Part shown: positions 49,339 to 59,509 of the stretch, in pieces
How the letters are laid out: each line of letters begins with the position of its first letter
How positions within the stretch are numbered: position 1 is the stretch's first letter
Source: Neodothiora populina
Taxonomy: Eukaryota
Direction: 5' to 3'
Assembly: GCF_041146345.1 (NCBI RefSeq)
Contig: NW_027191413.1
Span: 2,232,001-2,296,000 of the forward strand
Length of the DNA stretch: 64,000 nt
The notes under the pieces: generated by a model
Seen by the model: the letters and a program-made list of their open reading frames with translations, nothing else
Databases searched by the model: none
Told to the model about the DNA's origin: nothing
Translations under genes and position numbers: made by a program

Positions 49339-49689
49339 AAGACATGGTGCACTTCAGAATTTGAGCAACAAATCTGCAGTTTCGTGGTTTCCAGACATCT
49401 TCAACATGATCTCTGCAACCTTGATAAAACTGACGACTGGCATGGCTTCATTGTTCCTAAGCAGAGACTTCATTTCAACATCAGTCTTGCAATTTTAAGC
49501 TACATCCTCCTCGTCGGTCCTTTTCTGGATACGACACCACGGCAAATTTTCATTGGGGGTTTTACTGGACCTAGGGTGCTTCACAACACCTTGCTCACAG
49601 CATGATTCTCGTTCCACCATCACCCTTTGGAGCTGCTACCGGATGTTTTGCGCCTTTTACGAGATGAGGACCGCACCCTCATACTTGTC

Positions 49690-49995
49690 ATCTTCCCTTT
49701 ATCTGCCCGTTTTCGTTTTCTTACTTGCATGACCTTGAGCTCACCTTTCTACCAGTCACTCAACTCTGACTGGGAGACGATCATGGTACCTCTGTCTCTG
49801 CCCTTTATTCACCTGCCCGTTTTCTTTACTTCACTTGCACGATAATTATCCCGCCTTTCTACCAGTCACTCAACTTTGACTGGTGGATGATCATGGCACC
49901 TTATTTTTGCCCCCTATTCACATGCCCGTTCTCTTTATCTTCTTTTGCATGATTACGATTTTATCCTTTTGACCAGTCACTCAGCTTTGACTGGT
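49690..49995. repeat. Diverged ~110-bp tandem repeat (2 full + 2 partial units), each full unit starting with palindrome CCAGTCA-N8-TGACTGG
   Basis: ACCAGTCACTCA occurs at 49751, 49861 and 49972 (periods 110 and 111). The TGCCCGTT..TTGCA(T/C)GA segment recurs three times. Confidence 0.9.
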
Positions 49996-50335
49996 TTAGG
50001 GAACGACGAACATGCATAATGGCCTTTTTATGGATGGAGAATGGAGAATGATGGTTCCGGGTGACAACATGATTCTTGCGAAAGATTCAGATGTGTAGAA
50101 GCCTGAATGAAATAAACAAAAAATAAAAAAGTCTTTTGACAACAACCACAGTGCAACAACAATTATGGTAAATCTTGTGTTCATGTGAATTAGGTTTTCC
50201 CTGGACCGTGGCCTCCTATATGACATCCAAGGTCGATCAATTGCTGGTCTATGAGTCAAACATGACATCTAGCATTAACCTCTATGAACACCCTCTTTCA
50301 CGCACAACCCTCATGATTCCTGATACTCAGCCGAA

Positions 50336-51517
50336 CTAACATCTCGCAGTCGCAGCCGCCACCCTGGCAAGGTTCTCATCCAAGGCCTTTGCAAGCACAT
50401 ACAGCCCCTCCAACCTCGTGACGACGACCCCTCTATCCCTCGCAAGCCTGACAGCATTTCCCAGAATCGCCTCGACCTCAATGCGTCTCCGATTCCTAAC
50501 ATCAGCAAGCATGGACGGCTCGATCCCCCTGCCATTCCCCTGTCCAACCCTCTCCACCGCCCGACTCAACGCCACATCCGCATCCCGCTCCGTGACCCCC
50601 TCACCATCCCCCAGCACTGCCGCAGCCAAGCTCACGACCTCAGACATGCACGCGCGCACATAGCCCGTGGCGACCTCCGAGGCCGCCATGACCTCGACGT
50701 CAGAAGATAGCGACAGCGCACACATGGGGTTCCAAGTGGCGTTGATGAGCATTTTGGCCCAGCGGCGGGGTTGGATGCGGGGGTAGGCGAGTGCGGTGCC
50801 GCCGCCGGCTGTCACGAGGTTCGCTAGGGTTTCTGCGGGTTGCATTTCTTCTGGAGTCGAGGGTGCTACTGATGGAGGTGTGGACGCGGAAATGTACGGC
50901 CCGATCTCGAGGAGCTCGACGGGTCCCATCTCTATACACCCTGGTTTCGTCTGCGTCACGGGCAAATACACGACGCAGCTCAGGAGGGGGTTCGAGGGGA
51001 AGCGCGCGCTGTATTCTTCTTCGATGCCGATGCCGTTTTGGATCAGGGCGATTGTGGTCAGTGAGGGAGTCACGGCTGGAGAGATGAGGTCTGCTGTTGT
51101 CGGTGCGGCGCTGGAGGCGGCGGCGCTCTCTCCCCCAGGGCTGGGCGGGAAGGCTTTGCTGCACACGATTACGAAGTCGAAGTACTCGCCTTGAGTGTCA
51201 CTGATGGCGTTGGATGAAGAGGTAGACAGCGAGGAAACTGCCTCGTCCACGGTGCGCACAACTTTATGAGGTCGCACAACTTGCTCGCCGAAAATCGCTG
51301 ATGATATGTGCAGCCCTGACTCGAGGACTGCGGTGTAGTTGCTTCGACACACGGTCGTTACTTGGCACCCGGCTTTCTGGAGGATGTAGACGTAGATGGC
51401 GCCTACGGCTCCCGAACCGAAGAGCAGAATTTGGGGCACGCGGGGTTTGATGGTTGGAGGCATTGCTGTGTCATTGTTGCTGGTGGTGGGATGGGGAGTT
51501 GGGGTTGATATAGACAT
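50336..51517 (-). CDS. 2-dehydropantoate 2-reductase (ApbA/PanE) family protein
   Basis: Intronless. Rossmann motif LFGSGAVG, DFVIVCSKA, IQNGIGIE, catalytic RWAKMLIN and EPSMLAD..IEVEAI. Confidence 0.9.
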   Translation of the reverse strand: MSISTPTPHPTTSNNDTAMPPTIKPRVPQILLFGSGAVGAIYVYILQKAGCQVTTVCRSNYTAVLESGLHISSAIFGEQVVRPHKVVRTVDEAVSSLSTSSSNAISDTQGEYFDFVIVCSKAFPPSPGGESAAASSAAPTTADLISPAVTPSLTTIALIQNGIGIEEEYSARFPSNPLLSCVVYLPVTQTKPGCIEMGPVELLEIGPYISASTPPSVAPSTPEEMQPAETLANLVTAGGGTALAYPRIQPRRWAKMLINATWNPMCALSLSSDVEVMAASEVATGYVRACMSEVVSLAAAVLGDGEGVTERDADVALSRAVERVGQGNGRGIEPSMLADVRNRRRIEVEAILGNAVRLARDRGVVVTRLEGLYVLAKALDENLARVAAATARC

Positions 51518-52505
51518 GGCTTGTTTCTTTTCTGGTGCAGGACGCGCGAAGTGTGTTCAATTGATGTGAATATGTGTGATTAGAAGAGCAAGGCGCTTCA
51601 GCGAGCGATGCCAATGGTTGCTTTTTTACTTTTCGTCCAATTTGATGCTCATGTTGTGTAAGAGGGTAAACACACAGTCATCTTCCCCACAAGAAATCAT
51701 GGCGGGGAAGTGGGGCGGATAGATAGGCCAAAATCAAGGGTCTGGTATAGATTACACGTACTGTACTTGTACACGGCCAAGCTGGTTCTGACATTTTATC
51801 ATTTTATGTGCATACTTCTTGATGTTTCTGTTGTTTGATTAACGAGTGTCAAGCTTTTGCATTGAGCTTGTTCAAGGTGGGCCAGATTCGTATTTCCTCA
51901 TCCTTTTCTTCCAGAATCGCGGTCGGAACATGTGACTAGAAACATGAGAGACACGAGCCTTCATCATCCTTGTTTCCTAACAGAACTCCAGTCGCAAGTA
52001 CAGCCCACATAGGGGAAAAGAAAGGAACCCTCACCATTCCGGAGACATGCCACCCCCCCCACATACGACATCTAGACACGACTGATAGAAGCTACATGCG
52101 TCTCTGGTGACTTAAGACCAAGGCGTCTGCCTGCTCGTCGATTGGAGGTACTTCTTTTCTTGGTTTGCTGCTGGAAATGAAAACGGGCGGCGAACGTGCT
52201 CGTCTTTCTCAAGGAGGAAGAACCATTAGTACTGCGTAGCAAACCTTACTTTCCTGTACAAACCAGGCTGCTTGTGCCACTGTAGCGGTGCAGATCAGAA
52301 AGCCCATCGCTAGTAAGGTGTTGCAGGAAGCCGTGTTGCATTTCTTGGAAGACGAAAATGTGGTTCGAGGGACCTCCGTGATATGTACCACAACCGATAT
52401 TGTTCAATCTTGCGATTCAAATACAGCACCATTTTAATCTTGGCAATTACCAAGCTGTTCCAAAACTCGCATGGCTGGGCGATCGAATAGCGTCAAGATA
52501 CCCCT

Positions 52506-54452
52506 CTAGCCTCGACTGAAAGCAGCACGAAACATGCCATCAAGTGTCTTTGCAACATCTGCTTGTCTCCGCAAAAGTCTCCCCATGGAGTTCTGATACG
52601 ATTTCTCAGCATCCTTTCGTGCCCTCTCCTCTGTACTCTCAGTGACGCCCACAAGCTCCTCCCTACCATACAAACTCTCACTTCCGAACCCCAGTATTCC
52701 AATCCTTCCGTCACCTGTCTTGAGGAGAAGGTCGGTTTGGTTGATATCGGCTCTCTTGCTATTGGAAAATCCTGATGAATGGTGCAGGAGCGGGATGATC
52801 TTCTGCACAATGTCACCTTGAGCGCCTGCTTCTGGCGCATTGATGAGCTGTGCCGAACTTTGAGCCTGGTTAAAGGACGGAGGTGTCATGGGCTCATTGA
52901 TGTTATAGCTCCGGATTGGAGTCGATCCGTCTCGCTCTACCCATTTGAGGTTGCCATTGCCATCACTAAAGACAGTAGACAGGTCATGCGAAGCTACCGA
53001 GAGTAGTTTTGTAGACGATGCTGTCTGTCTGTTCTGATACCCGTATAGCGATCGAGGTCCAGACAAAGAAGTAGATAGGCTGTAGTGTTCAAGACTGCCT
53101 TTACCTTTGTATTCGCCAGCAGCGAGCAGAGTGCAGCCCGGTGCTGACTTGGCGGTATACAACTCATTGATCGCTAGTGAAGGGTCTTTGAGCAGGTCCA
53201 TCGTTCGAGGTATCGTCGAGAACGGCAGAGTAGCAATACAAGATATTCGAGCTCCAGAATGGACGGTCCCACGTAGTCGAGGGAAGAAGCGGCGGTCGTA
53301 GTTGAGAAGATGAGTGAATCGGCCTGCTACCCAGATGGAGTCATCCTCCAATCGGTTCAGTATCGAAAGCGGTCCCGGCTGTGAAAGACTAGCATGATTC
53401 GCCGTCGGCCCTCCAATCACCTCGACTGTCCGCGATGGATCGACCGGCGAGGTAGATTTGTTACGGGGGTCATGAACATGAACTGTAAAATTAGTCCCTA
53501 CAACCAGGCTGTGCTGCCGCGTCTCTGAAAGCGCAGTGATGGGGAATGGAAATAACTCGTGAGACACAACCTGCAAAGTAGCAAGATCCACCTCAACCAA
53601 TGTATTATTCTGGGCGAAGTAACCTTTATTCTGTGTGCTGTCAATACTCACAGTCTCGACAGCGCCGACTTCGGTCATGATGTCTCGGATCTGATGTCGG
53701 TTATGTTTATGCGGTGAAGTACCGGACAGAAGACCTATAGTACTGCGTCCAGCAAGACTGCCTTGCTTTGGTGACTCACCGGTGGATCTAGCTTGGACGT
53801 CCCAGATACACACGCTGCCGTCGTCAAGAGGAGCAACAACGTGACGAGGGCTACCGGAGCTGAGATCCTGCAATAAGCCGACACCAACAGCCTCGCTCGG
53901 CTCAGAGTCGTCACTTGGATCTTGGGACGGAGTAGCGAGCCAGCCGATGTTTATATCGGCGTGACGATGAATATACTCCTCATAGTAATCTACACGTTCA
54001 TGTGGATAGGCAGGGTCCCAATTCGCAAGAGCACGCAATCTTAATCGACCAGAAGACCTGTTCGCATAGCTGACACGTTCTTGAGCAAGGCCAGCAGTCG
54101 AGAGACCTGTCACAGCAGCCCTCAATGCTTCCAGTTGCTCGTCAGGAGCATCTCTGCGCTGCTGCTCCTGTTCTTGCTGCTCCGCCCTGTGGCGTCTGAA
54201 GCCTGCCCTCGAAGCATCGAAACAAGCCTGCTTCCACAAGTTGTTGTCACGACAGAGACTCAGAAGTCGACGAGAGACCTGCTGGCAAGATATGAGTTCC
54301 GAAGCGTTCAGGACTGCCAAGGTCAGCCTGTCTAAACTTGATCTGGATGTGTTCACCTACAGAGAAGGACCATCAAGCGGGGGGGGGGTTTCGTAAGAAA
54401 AGCACTCACACGACAAGATCTGGACGACTATTTCATCGGGCAGACGGTCCAT
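52506..54452 (-). CDS. F-box protein with WD40-like C-terminal region, 2 exons
   Basis: An intron at 54314..54409 gives MDRLPDEIVVQILS|FLNASELISCQQVSRRLLSLCRDNNLWK (F-box). Beta-propeller-like motifs APLDDGSVCIWD and SIWVAGRF. Confidence 0.85.
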
Positions 54453-54619
54453 GCCTGGGCAGTGACAATATTTATTTCCGAGGACGATGAGACTCGACGA
54501 TATGGTCAAACAGATAGCACTTGAGCAAGATATCAGTAAGATACAGTACATTGGATGCGCAGACGAGGGGAGGGGTGTGTATAGATCGACGTCACTAGTC
54601 CCTTGCCGAGGAAGGGACT

Positions 54620-54655
54620 GATAAGGCGGATAAGGAAACGACTCACTCGATAAGG
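54620..54655 (+). promoter_or_regulatory. Cluster of three GATAAGG sites in the F-box/Maf divergent promoter
   Basis: GATAAGG at 54620, 54629 and 54649. Confidence 0.45.
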
Positions 54656-54749
54656 AGAGATGCATCTTTTGCTGAATTATTATCATATTCCCATATATCC
54701 ATCTTGATAGTTCTCTCTCTGATTCTTCACAACCTCGACTCAATCCACA

Positions 54750-55737
54750 ATGTCAGACGTCAAGATCCCGCTCGACGACCCGCCGACATACGAAAGCGCG
54801 GCCGAGCATGTGTCCCTCCTAGCAGGCCAGGCGCCGCCTCCGACTCGACCAGTCTCCATAGTGAAAGGAGGACCAGGGCCGCGCCTGCCACTACCGCTTG
54901 ACATTCCGTCATTGAGAGCATTGAGAGGCAGAAGAGTGATTCTAGCATCTGCCTCGCCACGAAGGAAACAACTACTCGCACAAGTACGAAAAGCCCCACG
55001 CCTAGCTGGAAAGCAGAAACAAGAGAGATGCGACAAGACAGAGCAAGGAGGGAAACAGAGGCTGACACTAGAGACACACAACAGATAGGCCTCACAGACA
55101 TCGAAATCATCCCCTCGACTCTACCCGAAGACCTCTCCAAATCCCTGACCCCCTTCGAGTACGTCCTGCAAACCGCCGAGCAGAAAGCCATGCACGTCTA
55201 CCGCTCCGAGCTCGACAGTCCCAGAGGCGAACCCGCGCTGGTCCTGGCGGCCGACACCGTCGTCGTGAGCTCGACGGGCGAGATTCTAGAAAAGCCCAGG
55301 AGCGAAAAGGAACATATCGCTGTGCTGAAGGGGCTGAGGAATTCAAAGTGGCACAAGGTCTACACCGCTGTCGTCTGTATGGCGCCTAGAGAGGATGCTG
55401 CCGATCCCGGATATGTCATCAAGACGCATTGTGAGGAGACGAACGTCAAATTTGACTCTGAAGGTGAGTGACCGCTGTTGCCTTTTCTTTGTTGGAGGAA
55501 ATACTCATGTGTTTCGCTGTAGTGACGGACGATCTTATCCTCGCATACGTCAAGACACGCGAGGGAGCAGACAAAGCAGGAGGCTACGGCATTCAGGGCA
55601 TGGGCGCAATCTTGGTGGAGAGAGTCAACGGTGACTACGGCAACATCGTCGGCTTGCCCCTGCGACCGACGCTGAAACTCATCGAGCAAGTCATGAATCC
55701 TGGTATTGCGAGTGATGGGGAAGAGGAGGAAGAGTGA
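54750..55737 (+). CDS. Maf-family nucleoside triphosphate pyrophosphatase, 3 exons
   Basis: ILASASPRRKQLL, AEQKA, VLAADTVV, ILEKP, DKAGGYGIQG and NIVGLP. Introns at ~54984..55085 and ~55464..55522. Confidence 0.92.
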
Positions 55738-55800
55738 TCTTTTTATCCTGTTCATAGAAACCCCCCTTTTCGAAAAAACCCATCGTCTCCTTTTCCGGAC

Positions 55801-57627
55801 CTAGAAGGTCACATCCGTCATCTCATCATCGTCGGCCATTTCGAGCTTCTTCTCCTTCTCGCTGTCGTCAGCCTTCCCGTCCTCTTCTTCTCCGCCTGTC
55901 CGCTTGCGCTTTCTCTCGAGCGCTGCCGCAGCATCTTCGGCAACAGCAGTGTCAGAAGCACCGCCTTCGTTGCCTTGGACAACAGTGGCATCACCCTGCT
56001 CTTTGTCGACGATGCTGGCTGTCTCATGAGCTTGCTGCTCAGACTCGGCAATTGGTGATGTGGAATGCGGGCTCTCTTTTTTGCCAGCAGCGGCTTCCAT
56101 GTCCAGAGGTCTTCCAGCCGCAGAGGGTGTCTGTGGTCCAGTGTCCTCCATTCCTATCAGATCAGGACCGCGGGCGTGTGGACGCTCGTCTGCTCCTGTG
56201 CTCCCTGTTGAGGCAGCATCAACGCCATTTTCACTTTGTGTGAGTGCGGAATCGGCATCTCTGCCTACCGCTGCTGCACCGGCTCCAGCAAGCAGAGTAC
56301 GGCGGATGGGTTCGCCACCGTCGGGCACGACGCCTGCTTCTTGTTCTTGGCGCAATAATTCGCCCTGAGTCACTGCACCTTGCGACCGTAGTTCCTGTTC
56401 GTGGGCCTGGACTCCCTCCGAGCCGTCTCCATCTCCGGTCGGGGCTTGCGCATGCGTGGGATTGTTTTGTAGGCTGTTTGTCGTGACCGAGACCGTCTCA
56501 ACGCGACCAGCCCCGTGTGGTCCGTCGATTGTCTCTTCGTCTTCTGTCCTCAATTCTTGATTCGTGTTCGTCGGATCGGCCAGTGCCATGTGTGCATTCT
56601 CGTCGTCCTCCTGTCTCTTGATCCAAGGGATTGGTGTCAGTAATGCACCACCAAGGGATTCATCTGATCCCAATCCTGCTCGATCGCCTACTCCATTGGT
56701 GCTGTCGCCATTGGTGAAAAATTTGACAGCTCCGCTGGTCTGGACGACTGGGATTGGAAACTCGTTGACGGTGGAAGTGACCGACACTGCACGATCAAGT
56801 GCGGAGAGGAAAGGTGGTAGGTATCTGTAGTGCCTGCGTGGCTGAAGGACAAGCTCGGCGAGGCGTTGAACCGTGTATGGAGGACTTTGGGAGAAGGTGG
56901 TGCGCAGAATGTTGACAGACGACTGATAAGAGCTGAGGAGATCGGGAGGAAGAGAAGAGTCAGGCAGCGGCGTGTGCTCCATCTCAACCACAGAAGTGCT
57001 AGGCGCCGGAGTATTGGCTGTGCCAGAGAACGACGGCACTGGCGGTCGGACAGGAGGCGCATTTTCCTTGTTGGTCGTCGCCGATGTCTGTGAAGAAGGC
57101 TCTGGCTCTGTTGCTGCTGCTGCAGCCGTCGCAGCATCGTCGGTGGAGCCATCTGTCTGTGTCTGAGAAGAAGAAGGGACAGAAGGGTCCGATGATTGTG
57201 ATGTTTGAGGTGAAGCAGCAGCAGCTACAGTTAGGTCTACCGGAGCTGCATGTGTCGTCGTCGCTGTAGCAGTCGCTGGTGCTATAGAGGAGGCAGGAGC
57301 GGGTGCAGCTGCCGAGGCCGAGGCAGGCACTTGAGGAATCGGAAAGTCATTGTGCACAATCTACTCATTGTCAATCTGGCTGAAGAGGGTTGCAGAGAGC
57401 AAGGAGAAGCGAGATGAGGTATGCGACGTACATTGTGTAGTCTCTGAAGCACATTTTCGAGCACGCGAGGCCATTCCGAACTGCCAGATTGTGTTAGCTC
57501 TTCGCCGTGCCTGCCACATCTGGGGGATGCCACATCTGGGGGATTATCGAATCGCGCCTTACATGTCGATGGACCCATCACGAGCCGCTTGCTCCAATAT
57601 GTCTTCGCTGGATTCCATCACGGACAT
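55801..57627 (-). CDS. PSY4: Protein phosphatase 4 regulatory subunit 2 (PPP4R2/Psy4 family), 3 exons
   Basis: FSQSPPYTVQRLAELVLQPRRHY..FLSALDRAVSVTST is the PPP4R2 signature. Upstream exons encode MSVMESSEDILEQAARDGSID and SEWPRVLENVLQRLHN. Acidic disordered tail. Confidence 0.85.
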
Positions 57628-58325
57628 GGTATGATGCTGACTTCGAGCAGAATCATGCCTTGCGTCGAGTAAAACCAAACAAGATAAAAGGTGTCGGATT
57701 GTATCTGGAGTTATTCGCGGGCGGTGATAAATGACGTCCGTCTCAGCGCGACACCTCTCACGCGCAACGAAACACTTGGCTTGGCGCGTCGAGAGCGCCA
57801 AGACAATCACATGCAATAAGTCTGGTGAAACATTGAATGTCGATTCATATATCTTTAGATGTACGAAACATGTTTTGTTCGCAGGTCAAATTGAAGTCTG
57901 CCCACTTCTGTTGTGATCTGTGAGATGGTTTATCCCTGCATGAGATGGCCATGTGTCACATTCAATCTCACACAAACGAAGTCATCTTCGCCAGACATAC
58001 ATCTTCATGTGTGGCCACTGAAGCCAAACCAGTAATGGAGTGTATAATCTTTCAGAAAACGGGAAAATCCCTCACACGCAATACCAGAAGAGAAGCAAAA
58101 TTTAATTCAGTCGCACCAAGGCCCGAATTGCCGAGGGATGCTGTAAACAGCGGAAAGTAATCAAATGCCAAAGTCGAGTGCAGACAGATCAACTTGACTC
58201 AGCGCTCGAATGTCATGCTATGCGACCACGCGACAATGAAAGCCCCAAGATGATCCTTTTGTTGATAAGACAGAAACCTGAAAAGACGCCTCGCTGAAAG
58301 CACCCTTTACACAGTCCCTCCCAAC

Positions 58326-59133
58326 CTACTGAGTCTTGAAAAGCAGAATGGCACAGTGACCGAGATAAAAGTAGATGAAGTGCTTCGTCTCTGCAGTATG
58401 ACCATTAGCAAAGAGCAGACAACAGTCGGCACTGAGTGTGCAGGTCAGTGGCCAGTCCTACCGTGGGTGACGAAGCTGCCGAAGTTGCGTCCCACAATGC
58501 AATGCCATGTAGCTCCTTTCCTGTCATCAAACTGCTTGCCGTCAGTATATGCATCGGACTCAAGCGACCATCGCCTTGTCCCTACCGTGCGCTTGATGTG
58601 GTGTGCAATATCCTGTAGACAAGTCAGTCACGGAAACTCCCCGTCGCTTGACGATAATATAATCATGCCTTCTCGATGTTGAACTTCTCCATGGCCTCTT
58701 GAGCTGCAATCATGATGTTAGTAAAATGTCTGACCAAACTCGGTGCAGCGCGGCATAACATTCCATAGCGCTCCAGAAAAAGGATCCGGCGAAACATTCC
58801 CGACTTCGAAACCATCTTTATATGACTAGTCCTGGCAAACATGGCCGATGTGGCGGAAAGGGGCGTAAACAGACAACACTTACCAACTTCGATGGCTTCT
58901 TGCTGCATGTCCTCGGTCTTCGAAACAGAGAAAACGACACATCAGCCACACATGTTCATCCACTGATCATGACCGTGAAAGCATCCTTCTCACCATGTCT
59001 GCCGACTTGACTTGGGCTGATCTAGGTGTTAGTATGGGGTTACGGTATGGGGTATCGAGTCATGGCTGTGCATCTCACCCTCGAGCTTCTCGGTGGTCTG
59101 GAGACCTCCGGTCGCCATCTTATCGTCGGACAT
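58326..59133 (-). CDS. DYN2: Dynein light chain LC8, 7 exons
   Basis: Spliced translation ..[88 protein letters not shown]. Confidence 0.95.
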
Positions 59134-59509
59134 TCTGCTTCTTGGATGAACTGGAAATCCTCGTTTCTATGCGCTCCACGAGAGTTGCACAGATGAGAAA
59201 TTGCGAGAGGGGGTTTGACGTCCGTGTCATGTTGGGATATCGCGTTAGCGTGTCATGAATGGCACCGGAATGGCACCGCAAACTGATGCAAACTCGCAAG
59301 CTCCACATGGCGTCCGGACTTTTTTTTGGCAGCTGCGAAAAGAATTGCTGCAACTGCCATTTTTTATCTTCTCTATCACTTCTATCATCACCACTTTTTT
59401 ATAACTTGCTGTAGCCATCTTCACTTCATCACGCCCATTGCCGTAACGGCACGCGTAGGACATAAAGCAATTACACATACAGCCTTTTCTCTAAAACTGT
59501 GCTCTAATC

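Noticed and set aside
49744..49995. CRISPR-like array interpretation of the palindromic repeats
   Set aside because: The intervening sequences are ~88 nt and homologous to each other, there are no cas genes, and the context is eukaryotic.
2040..57627. Apparent theme cluster of ubiquitin/SUMO and genome-maintenance genes (RMD5, Spd1-like, SNF2-RING, F-box, PPP4R2, Maf)
   Set aside because: They are interspersed with unrelated housekeeping genes, show no shared motif, and such categories are common in fungal genomes.
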